Shown: in pieces, positions 37,629 to 50,205 of the stretch
Position numbering within the stretch: position 1 is the stretch's first letter
Layout: every line of letters starts with the position of its first letter
Origin: Pristiophorus japonicus
Lineage: Eukaryota
Assembly: GCF_044704955.1 (NCBI RefSeq)
Contig: NC_091999.1
Span: 9,610,001 to 9,674,000 of the forward strand
DNA: 64,000 bases
Direction of reading: 5' to 3'
Position numbers and translations under genes: made by a program
The notes under the pieces: model-generated
Database searches by the model: none
Told to the model about the DNA's origin: nothing
The model's input: the letters and a program-made list of their open reading frames with translations, nothing else

Positions 37629-37897
37629 CACAGTGCCATACTCCATGACACAAAGTCTTTAGCTCATTCTGGCTGAAATAGCTATCCCTACCTACTCAAT
37701 ACAACTCAACGTATCATCCAGATACAAAAGCTGGCAGCAAAGGACTATTAAATACATCAAACTTTATTGATCAATTGATCGATTTCTTATCCTGTATTGC
37801 ATCTGACCTATCGTCATATAACAACATGTCTCACGACTGCGAATTTAAAGATTTTGTACCTCTAACTAATAGTCGAGGTACCCAGTCTGATACCTAC

Positions 37898-37959
37898 TTG
37901 GTTGTACAGTAAGTTTGGTGCCAGATCCAAATATGAGTTTGTAACGATTCGTATCCTCC
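37898..37959 (-). CDS. TRAJ: J50 EDTNRYKLIFGSGTKLTVQP
   Basis: RSS CACAGTG-12-ACAAAAACT; donor GTAGGT. Confidence 0.92.
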
Positions 37960-38391
37960 CACAGTGACAACCAGGTTGACAAAAACTATTTTATCGACTA
38001 TGAACGGGATAGGAAGGAATAAAATTAAGGGGTTAGGTGTCATTGCTGCCTTAATTCATAGTAGGATCGTATCCACAAATCGTCCAATTATAGAAACTGA
38101 TGTAAATTCGCAAAGTGTACCTTCAGTTTTCTCTAGTCTATGTGTTGTCCCACTGCGAAATACTACCTTATCACTTCGAAAACAATGGACTCTTTCTCAC
38201 CAAAATGTAGGATGCCAACTGAAAAATCACTTCATTAAAATTAACTGTTCTTAATACGCCTGTTTGATTTCTTTCAGCTTATCATTGTGCACGAAAATAC
38301 CAAGCTATGCAAAGTGCTGATAAACCTCAGTACATGATATCCCTAGTTTTACGTACAGTTATTGAATAATGAATGAGCACTTGCAACTTAC

Positions 38392-38451
38392 TTGGTTCCA
38401 CAGTTAGTTTTGTCCCATTTCCAAAAATCAGTTTGTTAGTGCTATAACTCA
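38392..38451 (-). CDS. TRAJ: J51 SYSTNKLIFGNGTKLTVEP
   Basis: RSS CACGCTG-12-ACATAAACC; donor GTAAGT. Confidence 0.87.
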
Positions 38452-39013
38452 CACGCTGCCATATTTCATAACATAAACCCTAGTTGCAGTTCTAGTTGGC
38501 AGCATACTACGCTGCTACTTGTAAATTTAGGTGGTCTGAGAATATTTTCTGTTTGCAAAACTTTCCACTATAACACAATGGAGTCACTTAAAATCTAATG
38601 TTTCACTGCTGAATTAAATCTGAGCTAAATTCACGTTTTATAAGAAAGACAGTGTTCTCTTACATACACCATAACACTTTCAATCCTAACACAACCTATC
38701 ACAGTTCACAGTTAATTAAGTTTGCAAAGATTGATTTAAATCAAGTTTCTGAACTCTTCATGTTCAATTCTATCCCATATTCCAGTTCATGATATTGGCC
38801 AGAGAAATTACCAATGGTGTGATATAACATTCTAGTCGCATTTCTCAATAGTGCCCCTATTATGCTTATTAATCGAACTTTTACAATGGTAAAACGATTG
38901 TATTTATGTTCTTTGATGTAGATCCCAACAATTCTCATTTGCACATTCAAATTTGGTTGGTCGGTGCAAATGTAAACATCTCTAGCCCCACACATAATCA
39001 GTTCCATACTCAC

Positions 39014-39076
39014 TTGGAATTACAGTGAGTTTGGTCCCGGTTCCGAAGATGAGCTTATAACCAGTTGCATCATTCC
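39014..39076 (-). CDS. TRAJ: J52 NDATGYKLIFGTGTKLTVIP
   Basis: RSS CACAGTG-12-ACAAAAACT; donor GTGAGT. Confidence 0.92.
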
Positions 39077-40060
39077 CACAGTGACAATTTGCTTCACAAA
39101 AACTCCGAAAGCTACCAAGTGATGTGTGATCACGATGCACACTCTTATGTTTGGGTGTAGGTACAAAAAAATATCCATTTTATTTTGAGTTATCTTTATG
39201 ATAGCGATGGGAGCCTGGATCACATTATTAATTGAAGCGGTCATACTGTTAATTTTCTGTGTTGCAAATCACTTTGCGAAATCTCATGTACACAACTCAA
39301 AACTGACCAGTTAGCATGATTTAGCACGAATGAACATGGACCAGGTTCTCTTCCAGACGCTAGATTAGGCGATTGTGCTTCAGTAACCGAAGCTCATTAA
39401 TCTGTCCTTTCATCTAATGCGGTCCAATTTTGACAACATTTCAAAAATCAGTTCTAATAAAAAATACAGTATTAATGTTATAATTATCCCAATTACTTGA
39501 TTTCTTTGTGATTTATCCTCAATACTTCACTATACACATTGTCCACTGTAACTGTATAACAACGTTTGTTTGAGAAGCAGCAGACAGCTATTTTCACCCA
39601 ACACAGAAATAATGTTATTTAAATTGACATCTTGATGCACTTTTTGTTTAAATGCACAAAACATAGCATCAACACTGAATCAATGGTGTTTCTATTTATT
39701 TGCAAAACACTTTTGAATGTTACTATTGAATCCACTTTCACTGCCCTTTCAGGTGGTGCATTCCGATCATAACAACTCGCCACGTAAAATATGTTCTCCT
39801 CACTACTCCCTTTGCTTTTTCTTGTCAATTATCTTAAATCTACATCCTCTAGTTACTGACTCTCCGGTCCGTGGAAAGAGTTTATCCTTAGTTACTGTAT
39901 GAAATCCCTTTCATAATTTGGAACAGTAAATCTACCCTTAATTAATGAGTAATCTATAAAGTAAGTGAACAATATTTTATTAAACCGTGTACTTGTAACT
40001 ACCACTTGGACAATTGATTGTTACTGCTGATTGTATTCACCACATAGTTATCTTACTTAC

Positions 40061-40122
40061 TGGGTGCTATGGTGAGACTGGTCCCACTTCCAAATATTAG
40101 TGGAGTTCCTGTCCTGTATTCA
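40061..40122 (-). CDS. TRAJ: J53 EYRTGTPLIFGSGTSLTIAP
   Basis: RSS CACAACG-12-ACAAAAACC; donor GTAAGT; a 1-bp indel relative to paralog J63 lies 5' of FGxG. Confidence 0.88.
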
Positions 40123-40531
40123 CACAACGCCTAACACCTTCACAAAAACCTTTCTAGTTAACTCTTTAGATAATTACTCAGTTGATACTTTTTGCTGTCC
40201 GGCTAAATTGGCAAAATTTCTCCAACTTTGCTTCTAACTTCCATCCCTCCCATACCTTCACATGGTCCACTTGTGACTTTTTCTTTGCCTTCCCAGACTC
40301 CTCTATCTCCATTTCAGGGAATAAGCTCTCCAGCAATGTCTACCACAAAAGGACGAATCCTCTCAATGCTGCCCTTCTTACTTCAACAAACCTATTTCCT
40401 TATATTTTATATATATTTCAGGAATTATATAGCTATGCCTTGCTTCGTTTTACTTGACATTTATGAAATGCTTGCAATACGATTCGACACCAGGACAAGA
40501 GTATTGCTGAATTGCGATTTCAAAGACTTAC

Positions 40532-40597
40532 TGGGTGTCACGATTAACATCGTTCCTTGTCCAAATGTTAGCTTCCCCTGACCTCCTCCAGTATTCA
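40532..40597 (-). CDS. TRAJ: J54 NTGGGQGKLTFGQGTMLIVTP
   Basis: RSS CACAGTA-12-ACAAAAACC; donor GTAAGT. Confidence 0.92.
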
Positions 40598-40899
40598 CAC
40601 AGTACCAATCACCGTTACAAAAACCTCTTCCTTCTATTTAGATGTCGAGAGGAAGTTATTGCTGGTGATAACTAGACCCTTTTTTTAATCAACGACATGG
40701 ATTTCAGGACACGATGGTCCAAGTGGCTTAATTCTATGTATTGTCCCCAAAATAATCTGTCCTCAAAAGTGCTTACGTTCTCCTTGAAATCCACAACAGA
40801 GACATTGCTTCAGTTTGCAACATCACTCCAATGGATTGTTACTGGCCTGCACTTATCAACCCAGCCATTGGTGAAAGGCCAGCTGATTCCCTGAATAAC

Positions 40900-41670
40900 A
40901 TTCACTTGTGGGAAGAGGCCATCAATATAAAACAATCACCAACAAAAAAAACAAATAGGGAATTCAGAAGAAACTTATTTACCCACAGAGTGGTGGGAAT
41001 TTGGAACTTGCTACCACAGGGAGTGGTTGAAGTGAATATATAGCAGCATTTAAGGGCTATTTAGACACGCATATGAGAGAGAGGGAAGAGAGGGTTATGT
41101 TGAAAGAGTTAGTTGAGGATAGATGGGAAGAGGCTCAAGGGGAGTATAAACACCAGCATGGACTGGTTGGATGGAACGGTCTGTTTCTGTGCTGTCTATT
41201 CTATATTATTATATGTAACTGTTTATGCACAACTTGCCTATTCACCTTTTATGCCCATGTAACAGCACATCAATGAAACACAACAAAACAGTGAGCATTG
41301 AAGATTTCAAGATATTAAGGAGAACTGATAGGATTGATAGAGGGAAACTATTACGACAATTGGGGAGTCGAGGGCTAGCGGGCATATTCTCAACGTTAGA
41401 GCCAGGACTTTCAAGAGTGAAGTTAGGAAATCATTCTACACACAAAGGGTGGTAGATGTTTGGAACTCTCTTCTGCAAACGGTGGTTGATACCAGGCCAA
41501 TTGTCAATTGTAAATCTGAGATTGATATATCTATGCTAACCAATGCTATGAAGGGAAATTAAGCAATGGCGGGTATATGGAGTTAGGTTGCTGATCAGAC
41601 ATAATCTCAGTGAATGGCGGAACAGACGCATGGGGCTAAATGACCTCCTCCCATTCCTATGTTGCTATAT
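40900..41670 (+). mobile_element. Two adjacent decayed CR1-type 3' fragments
   Basis: FRRNLFTHRVVGIWNLLP remnant, then FKILRRTDRIDRGKL remnant ending in a CCTATGTT tail. Confidence 0.7.
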
Positions 41671-41729
41671 TCATTGCTTTATCGTGAATACAACTTATTT
41701 GTTAATGTAACAAATGGCAACACACTTAC

Positions 41730-41794
41730 TGGGTTCTATAAGTAGTCTGGTTCCTTTTCCAAATGTTAGCTGTTCCAACCCTCCTCCATAATCG
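41730..41794 (-). CDS. TRAJ: J55 DYGGGLEQLTFGKGTRLLIEP
   Basis: RSS CACAGTA-12-ACAAAAACC; donor GTAAGT. Confidence 0.92.
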
Positions 41795-43001
41795 CACAGT
41801 AGGATATGCCTTAACAAAAACCTGTTGTACTCAACTGCATCACCTGTCGAACTACCACGTATCGATTTTTCATTACACATTGCGTGCTGTTACACACGAT
41901 TTCTCCCTCATATTCTAATATAATGCCATTTGGATCATGCCATATATTTGAGCTTGGATATATACGGAGAATAAACACCCTAGCATATTAAGATGGTGTC
42001 AAAATATTTGCAGAGGTTACCAGCTACTGTCAAAAAATAACCAAAAAAATTAAGTCATGGAAAAATATTACAATATTTGCAATAGGAAAGTGGACATTGT
42101 ATCATCATTGAATGGAAGATCGAATCCAAACGAATGATCGATTTCGGTGTTAATGGTGCAGTACTAATGTTTATTCCCCCAAGACTTAGCTACATATATC
42201 ACGCTTCCTGTAAAAATACATTATAATAATTGAATATAATCTTCTCTCAGTAATACGAGATATTGGAGATTTTATACATTTAAAAAACAACTTTCAGATA
42301 CATTTTTCTGGCATAAGTCGCCAAGATTCCCATGGTGGTATTTTGTTGAACAATATTTCTACATTTAATTTAGTTCTTATTCCTTATCTGACCTTTTTAT
42401 TTCTTATACTAATGCTCGCAAATTATGTATTTTTAACAAATATAACCACTCCACAATACGCATGCAAAAGTTTTGCTTATGAGAAGCTAACCACCAGAAT
42501 AAATGGTGACATTTTGTCAGCCTTAGAAAATACATGTTGCAGTAACAATCCGTGTTTCAAATCTACCCTAGAAGCTTCATTTTCAAAGGACATTTAACTT
42601 ATTATCATCCATGACAGGTGAACGGGCATTGTAATCATTACATTTGTAAACATTTAATCATATCGCATTTTTTTCTTTAAATGTGTATCTTTAAAGGACA
42701 TCCGGTATTAAGATTAACCTGACTTCACCTCTGTTTTGTACACGTTGAAGCAAGTTAATCAACACTGCAATTTAAGCCTGCTGTCCTTATAGATGGCAAT
42801 CTATTTCGCTGAATTGTGATTCTAAGATAAATCCGCCCCACATTTCTAAATTGATACATCTTTGTTAAATGCATAATCCACTTTTATAAGTTGTCACAAA
42901 CCACACCATAGTTTCAGGTCAATAATATTGCCTTAACTCAGAATCTTGTAATAAAACATTATTGGCATGTTCGACTCTTCTATGAACTTATTGTTACTTA
43001 C

Positions 43002-43064
43002 TCGGTATCATAACGAGTTTAATTCCAGTTGTAAAAGTGAGCTTCTGAATTCCTCCAACAATCA
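43002..43064 (-). pseudogene. TRAJ: J56 IVGGIQKLTFTTGIKLVMIP (FGxG lost, RSS decayed)
   Basis: FTTG motif; RSS CACATTA-12-TCAGAAATA; intact paralog is J65. Confidence 0.78.
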
Positions 43065-43899
43065 CACATTAATAAACATCCTATCAGAAATACACCCTCG
43101 TTGGACACACTTGCACTTCACATCCATTCTCGGTGGTGTTTATTTTACTGTGAATTCTATATTCAGGGAGAGCAGCATAACATATTGTCCATTTGAGTTA
43201 TTGCCTTATTTCCGAGTATGGGTGTTTTAACTGGAAGTCTTTAAAGATTAATTGGCTTTATTATACTACCACAGAAAAAAACTGAATAATTTTATGTTAT
43301 TTTGCCTTGACAAAGGTCGGTAGATTTTTGGATACTTATGGAATCAAGGGATATGGAGATAGTGCGAGAAAGTGGAGTTGAGTTTGATGATCAGCCATGA
43401 TCTTATTCAATATCGGAGCTGGCTCGGAGGGCCGAATAGCCCACTCTTGCTCCTATTTCTTATGTTCTTATGATTGAATGCAACAGTTTGTATGTGATAC
43501 ATTGACTATTGTAAGAAATTGGAGCAGGAGCGGGCGATATGGCCCCTCGAGTCTAAGCCATCATTCAATGAGCCACAACAAAGTTTTGGATGGAAAATTA
43601 AGAGCGATTGTAAACGCTTTCAATGACATTCATACTCATCAGCTTACTTCTTCATCGGGCTCTCGTTTGAAATATTGTAAAATCTTAGCTCAGCACTAAC
43701 TAACATCCCACATTCTTTGGGGAGTCAGAGCTGGGTCCAAAGTAGTGCCGGTTGTTTCAGGAAAGTCAATTGTGCCACACAGCAGTTTATTTTGAAGATG
43801 ATTAATTATATGAGGGATTATTAATAAAGAGATTTAATGCGATTTATTTTACAGATAGTCTATTGGAGAGAAATAACATGGTGATGTAAAACAACTTAC

Positions 43900-43959
43900 G
43901 GGGTTGAACTCTGAGCTTTGTTCCAGGTCCAAATATCACCTTGAAGGCGTTAGCATTCA
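43900..43959 (-). CDS. TRAJ: J57 NANAFKVIFGPGTKLRVQP (11-bp RSS spacer)
   Basis: RSS CACACCA-11-ACAAAAATA; donor GTAAGT. Confidence 0.82.
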
Positions 43960-44212
43960 CACACCATTACACCCTTAACAAAAATACCTTCCTGAGCAAT
44001 GATTCACCTCCCTCACACATTCCTGATATAATTTATCGACATATCATTAGCATTGTTGATGGAGGTCAGTTCCAAAGTTCAGAATCATAGGGATGTGAGC
44101 CAAACCACCTAAAACTGGATTTGATTCATATTTCCAGTCATTCAAGAAAAGCCATGCTTCTTTTATTTCTGTTCTAACACGTAAGGCACGCACCCTGAAA
44201 AATCTCACTTAC

Positions 44213-44269
44213 TTGGTATAACTTGGAGCCTGGTCCCAGATCCAAAGATCACCTTATCAGCAAAGTTCA
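44213..44269 (-). CDS. TRAJ: J58 (B) NFADKVIFGSGTRLQVIP
   Basis: RSS CACAGCA-12-ACTAAAACC; donor GTAAGT. Confidence 0.9.
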
Positions 44270-44572
44270 CACAGCATGATAGGCTAATACTAAAACCTTT
44301 CCCAGCCAGACAATGCATCATTTGTCATTTCTTAAATTACTGCACTACACGAAATAAGGACACGTTTCTCGGCTAAGTGACATCAAATCCGATTAATTCA
44401 AATGAGGTTTCATGAGAAAGCAACGTTTAAAACAACATTGATCTGTTGGGATCTGTGTTCAACTGTCATCTTTAATGCCTGACGTGAATATACCCCGCTC
44501 CCAGAAAATATAAAATGCTCAGAAATCTTCGAATTGTAGAAATTAGTTAAATATTTAAATATTAGTACTTAT

Positions 44573-44618
44573 TAAGCGCCACTATGTGTTTAGTCCCTCT
44601 TTTAGGCATCAGCTTTTA
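44573..44618 (-). pseudogene. Decayed J relic KLMPKRGTKHIVAL (copy 2)
   Basis: KL...GTK.IV spacing preserved; donor remnant ATAAGT; adjacent CACAGCA...GGAAAACT. Confidence 0.55.
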
Positions 44619-44858
44619 CACAGCACTGGTCCTTCAGGAAAACTCAAACAAGTAGTCCTAAATTCACGACAGTATAACTCTTGTTTGCCAATAAAATTTG
44701 TTTCGTTTTGGTTACTCCTTGCTCAGACCTAGTCAGTGGTTTGTAAACATGATCCAAATTACTCAATAACCATCAATTAATTCCATGAACATGCCTTAAG
44801 ATCCTTCTAAAGTTATGGGCTGTAACCCCGCTAATTTAATACAGCTTGTGATACTTAC

Positions 44859-44921
44859 TAATTTCCACATTTAATTTCGTTCCTCTTCCAAAAGTAAGTT
44901 TGTTGTTGCCACCATAACCCA
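44859..44921 (-). CDS. TRAJ: J59 GYGGNNKLTFGRGTKLNVEI
   Basis: RSS CACAGTG-12-ACACAAAGT; donor GTAAGT. Confidence 0.9.
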
Positions 44922-45202
44922 CACAGTGCCACACTCCATCACACAAAGTCTTCAGCTCATCCTGGCTGAAATAGCTATCCCTATCTACTCAATACAACTC
45001 CCTGTAGCATCCAAATACACAATCTGGCAGCAAACCCTTATTAAATACATGACATTTTATTGATTAATTGCAACATTACTTTCAATTCTCGTCTTAAATT
45101 TCATCTGACCTATCGTGACATAACAACAACGTATATCACGACTGCGAATTTAAAGGTTCTCTACCTCTAACTATTGGCCGAGATAAACAGTCTTATATTT
45201 GC

Positions 45203-45264
45203 TTGGTTGTACAGTAAGTTTGGTGCCCGATCCAAATATGAGTTTGTATCCATTAATATTCCCC
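45203..45264 (-). pseudogene. TRAJ: J60 GNINGYKLIFGSGTKLTVQP, splice donor lost
   Basis: Donor position reads GCAAAT (paralog J50 has GTAGGT); RSS CACAGTG-12-ACAAAAGCT. Confidence 0.8.
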
Positions 45265-45727
45265 CACAGTGACAACCAGATTGACAAAAGCTATACTTCT
45301 ACTGTGAAAGGTGTGGGAAGGAATATCATTGAAAGTTTGAGTGTCATTGTTGCCGTAATTCATTGCAGGATCGAATCCACAAATTGTCCAATTATAGAAA
45401 CTGACTTAATTTTGCAAAGTGTAGCCTCATTCTATGTTTTGTCCAATTTTGAAATACTACCTTATCACTTCGAAAACAATGGAGCCTTTATCACTAAAAT
45501 GTAGGGCGCCAACTGAAAATGTACTTCTAATTACTTGTAGCTAATAATCATGTTTCTTTTCTTTCAGTTAATAATTAGATACACAGAGAAAAGGGAATGG
45601 ATGTAACATTTTTCCCTTTGTTCATTATTTGAATGAAAAATATCAAACTATGCCAAGTGCTCATAAGTCTGAGTACATGTTTTACATTCAGTTATATGGA
45701 TAATGAATGAACATTTACCACACTTAC

Positions 45728-45791
45728 TTGGGTCCACAGTTAGTTTAGTCCCAGTTTGCTAGCACTGCTACCATATTTCATAACAAAAACC
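45728..45791 (-). pseudogene. TRAJ: J61, internally deleted paralog of J51
   Basis: GTKLTVDP and GTAAGT retained; IFG codons and heptamer removed by two short deletions; nonamer ACAAAAACC remains. Confidence 0.85.
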
Positions 45792-46334
45792 CTGGTTGCA
45801 GTTCTATTTGGCAGCATACTATTTTATCACTTCTAAATTTAGGTGGTCTGAGAATGTTTTCTGTTTGTAAATCATGCCAGCATACCACTCTGGGGTCAAG
45901 TACAATCTAAATTTGTACTGCTAAATTTAATCTGAGTTAAATTCACATATTATATGAAAGACAGTGTTCTCTCACATACACCTTAACACTTTCAAACCTA
46001 ACAGAACCTACCCCAGTTCACATTTAATTTATCTTGATGCAATTGAATTAAAAACAGTTTGTCGAACTCTTCGTGTTCAATTCTATCCCGTATTACAGTT
46101 GACGATATTGGCCATACCTATGGTCAATACTGTGATATAAAATTCTAGTTGCGATTCTCAATAGTACACTATTTTTGTTTCGTAATCGACCTTTGCAATG
46201 TTAAAACGATTGCATTTATGTTCTTTGATGCAGCCTCCAACCATTCTCATTTGCACTTTCAAATTTCGCTGATCGGTACAAATTTATACATCTCCAGCAC
46301 CACTTAATTCAAATAGAATTAGTTCCATACTCAC

Positions 46335-46397
46335 TTGGAGTTACAGTGAGTTTGGTCCCGGTTCCGAATGTGAGCTTATAGCCAGTTCCATCCTTCC
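46335..46397 (-). CDS. TRAJ: J62 KDGTGYKLTFGTGTKLTVTP
   Basis: RSS CACAGTG-12-CCAAAAACC; donor GTGAGT. Confidence 0.92.
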
Positions 46398-47241
46398 CAC
46401 AGTGAGAATTTGGTGCCCAAAAACCTCTCAAGCTACCAAGTGATGTGTCACAACTCAAAACTGGCGAGTAAACCTGATTTAGCATGAATGAATACGGAAC
46501 CAAATTGCCTACCAGACTCTAGTTTAGATAATTGTGCTTCAGTAACCGAAGCTCGTTAAAGAAAACCTGCCCTTTAATCTAATATGGTCCACTTTTGACT
46601 ATCTTTCAACAATCAATTATAATAATAGATGCAACATTTAAACAGCAATGTTAGAATACTCCCAATTACGAGATTTCCTTGTGATTTATCCTCAACACTT
46701 CACTATGCACATTGTCTGCTGTAACCGTATAACAACGTTTTCTCTGAGAAGCTGCAGGCAGCTATTTTCACCGAACACAGAAATAATGTTATATATATAT
46801 ATGTATATTGATACACATTTTGTTTAAATGCACAAAAGTTAGCACCATTACTGATTGAATGGTGTTTCTATTTAATTCCAAATCCCTTTTGAATGTTACT
46901 GTTGAATCTGCTTTCACTGCCCTTTCAGGCTTTGCATTCCAAATCATAGCAACTCGCTCTGTAAGATAATGTTCCTTATTACCTCATCTGCTCCCTCCAC
47001 AATTATCTTAAATCTATATATTCTCTGGTTACCGACTCTCCTGTCAGTGGAACGAGTTTCTCCTTATTTATTCTATCTTACCCTTTTATAATTTGGAAGA
47101 GCTCTAGTAAATCTACCCTTATTTACTGACAGACCTACAATATAAGTTAATAATATTTTATTAAACCGAGTACTTGTAACTACCACTTGAACAATTGATT
47201 GTTACTATTGATTGTATTCACCAATACGTTATTTTACTTAC

Positions 47242-47304
47242 TGGGTGCTATGGTAAGCCTGGTCCCATTTCCAAATATCAGTGGAGTTGCTGCTCCTGTA
47301 TTCA
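47242..47304 (-). CDS. TRAJ: J63 NTGAATPLIFGNGTRLTIAP
   Basis: RSS CACAACG-12-ACAAAAACC; donor GTAAGT. Confidence 0.9.
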
Positions 47305-47727
47305 CACAACGCCGAACGCCTTCACAAAAACCCTTCTAGCCAACTCTTTAGATAGTTAATCAATTGGTACTTTTTTCTGTCCAACTCAATTGGCAAAATT
47401 TCACCAACTTTGTAACTTCCATCCCTCCCGAACCTTTGCATGGTCCATCTCCGACTCTTTCTGTGCCTTCCCAGACTCCTCTCTCTCCATTTTAGGGAAT
47501 AAGCTCTCCAGCAATGTCTACCACAAAAGGGCGAACCCTCTCAATTCCGCCCTTCTAACTTCAACAAACCTATTTCCTTATGTTTGATGTTTTTATTCTA
47601 ATTATTTTAGGAAATATATAGCTACGTCTTACTTCATTGTACTTGAAATTCTAAAATGTTTGCAACGTTATCAGCAAATTCAACACCAGGACAAGGATTT
47701 TGAAGAATTGCGAGTTCAAAGACTTAC

Positions 47728-47793
47728 TGGGTGCCACAATTAACTTCGTTCCTCGTCCAAATGTTACCTTCCCATAGGCTTTTGTAGCACTCA
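47728..47793 (-). CDS. TRAJ: J64 SATKAYGKVTFGRGTKLIVAP
   Basis: RSS CACAGTA-12-ACAAAACCC; donor GTAAGT. Confidence 0.9.
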
Positions 47794-48094
47794 CACAGTA
47801 CCAATTACCAGTACAAAACCCCTTTCCTGCTATTTTGATGGCTAGAGGAATTTTTTCCCTTGATAACTGGACACTTTTATCGTTTACAACTATTTCTGGA
47901 CAAAACGGTTGAACTGACTTCATCCTATGTATTGTCCTCCAACCTATTTCTGTCCTCACAAGTGCTAATGTCTTGTTTAAACCCACAATATGGACAGTGT
48001 TTTCAGTTTGCGTCATCATTCCAGTGCATTGTTACTGACCGACACAGATGAACCCAGCTGTTGCGAAAGGTCACACTATTCCCCAAATAACTTG

Positions 48095-48372
48095 TCCACT
48101 TGTTGGAAGAGCAAAACCAGAGGTCATCAGCAGAAAATAGTCACCAAGAAACCAAATGGGGAATTCAGAAGAAACTTCTTTACCCAGAGAGTGGTGAGAA
48201 TGTGGAACTCGCTATCACAGGGAGGGGTTGAAGTGAATAGTATCGATGCATTTAGGGGGTGTTTAGATACGCATATGAGGGAGAAGGGAAGAGAGGACTA
48301 GAGTTAGATGAGAAACTATGGGAGGAGGTGCAAGTGGAGCATAGAGGCCAGCATGAACTGGTTGGGCCGAAT
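48095..48372 (+). mobile_element. Decayed CR1-type 3' fragment (paralog of the one near 40900)
   Basis: SKTRGH...FRRNFFTQRVVRMWNSL in ORF 47990-48301. Confidence 0.75.
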
Positions 48373-49252
48373 CCAAAGAAAATATCGATTGTGATGGTGA
48401 AGAACTACTGTTTATTCCCCAAGTCTTGCCTAGTTATATCGCACTTCTTGTAAAGTACATTACAATAATTTCACACAAAACTTATCTCAGTAATACGAGA
48501 TGTTGGAAATTGTACACTTTAAAAACAAATCTTTCAGATACATTTTTCTGGCATACATCAGCAAGATTCCAATGATCGCATTGTGTTGAACAATATTTCT
48601 ATCTCTATTTTAGTTCTAATTCCTTATCTGACCTTTCTGATTCCTATCCGACCGCTCACACAATATGTATTTTGAAACAAATGTAACTATTTCACAACAG
48701 GCATGCATAAGGTTTTATGTACGAAAAGGTAACTACGAGAATAAATGGTGACAGGTTATCAACCTTAGAACATAACAAGGTTGGTACATGTTGCAGTAAC
48801 AAGCAGTGTTTCACATCTACCCTACAAGCTTCATTTTCAAAGGACATACATTTAATTATCATCCGTGACAGGTAACGTGCACGGTAATCAATCAATTTTT
48901 AAACATCTAATTGTGCTGCTTTCTTTTCTTTAAATCTGCATATTTCGGAGGACATACGGTTTTAAGATTAACCTGACTTCACCGCTGTTTGGTACAAGTT
49001 AATGGCTCACTGCAAATTAAACCTTTAGTCCTTATAAATGACAATTTATGTTGCTGAATTATGATTCGAAGAGAAATCCACCACAGATTTATTAATTCAT
49101 GTATTCAGTTTTGTTAGATGAATAAACCCACTCTTGTTAGTTATCACAAACCACACCATAGTTTCGGATCAATAATATTGCCTTAACTCAGAATCTTGTA
49201 GTAAAACAATACTGACATTGTAGACACCTCACTGCACTTTGTTGGTACTTAC

Positions 49253-49315
49253 TCGGTATCACAACAAGTTTAGTTCCAGTTCCAAAAGTGAGCTTCTGAG
49301 CTCCTGCAGCATTCA
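49253..49315 (-). CDS. TRAJ: J65 NAAGAQKLTFGTGTKLVVIP
   Basis: RSS CACACCA-12-ACAAAAACT; donor GTAAGT. Confidence 0.9.
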
Positions 49316-50142
49316 CACACCAATAAACATCCTGACAAAAACTCACCCTCGATGGACACGCTTACACTTCACACCCATTCTCAGTGGTGTTTATTCTACT
49401 GTGAATTCTAGTCAGGAATAATATATTATCCTTATGATGTATTTTGGAGAAGTTTTAACTGGAAGTCTTTGAACATTAATTGGCTTTATTATGCTATCAC
49501 AGAAAAATACTGCAGACTTTCATATTAGCCTTGACCAAGTTCGATAGATTTTTGGATCCTGAGGGAATAAAAGGATATTTGAATAGTGCGCGAAGGTGGA
49601 GCAGAGGTAGAAGATCAGCCATGATCTTATTAAATGGCGGAGCAGGCTCGAAGGGGTCCTATTTTCTATGTTCTTACGATTGAATTCAATAGTTAAATTA
49701 TGTGAGATTATTTATTAACAGAATAGGAGCAGAAATAGGCCATACAGCACCTCGAGCCTGCTCCAGCATTCATTAAGTTCAGGGCTGAACTTCCCCCTCA
49801 ACTGCATTTTGATGGATTTAACCCTCAATAATGATATCAAAATGTCAGCTGTTCATGTATCAAACCGCTTATTAGAAACACTTTCACTGTATGCTTGATA
49901 GACGTACAAAATGAAAGGACTCCTTTAATTTCTACGTAAGTAATATAACCATTTATATATATTTCTATTTCATTCTACCCTCGTATGTCAAATTTACACT
50001 CATACTATTTCTCTTCTGCACTGTGTGTTGGGCTACCTGTTCAGATATTTATCATTCAAACCCAAGGCAATCAAACCAAATTGGATTATTTTCTACTAAA
50101 AGTAACCTTGTGTTTTAGATAGGACAAAGGCAGCAGACTTAC

Positions 50143-50205
50143 TTGGGACTACAGTGAGTCGAGTTCCACTTCCAAATATCAAATTGTTCCCTGCTACATT
50201 ATTCA
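50143..50205 (-). CDS. TRAJ: J66 NNVAGNNLIFGSGTRLTVVP
   Basis: RSS CACAGTG-12-ACAAAAACT; donor GTAAGT. Confidence 0.92.

Larger units (their letters stand above)
36270..49780. repeat. Tandem segmental duplication (about 36270-43570 versus 43570-49780)
   Basis: Paralog pairs J47/57, 48/58, 49/59, 50/60, 51/61, 52/62, 53/63 and 54/64 at 7.2-7.3 kb offset; J56/65 at 6.25 kb offset. Confidence 0.92.

Noticed and set aside
46480-46570. Additional J relic (paralog near 39320-39400)
   Set aside because: A nonamer-like AGAAAACC and KL codons are present, but there is no heptamer, FG or donor; too weak to call.
50019-50025. CACTGTG as an opposite-orientation RSS or D-segment border
   Set aside because: No nonamer at 12- or 23-bp spacing; I saw no segment flanked by RSS on both sides anywhere in the window.
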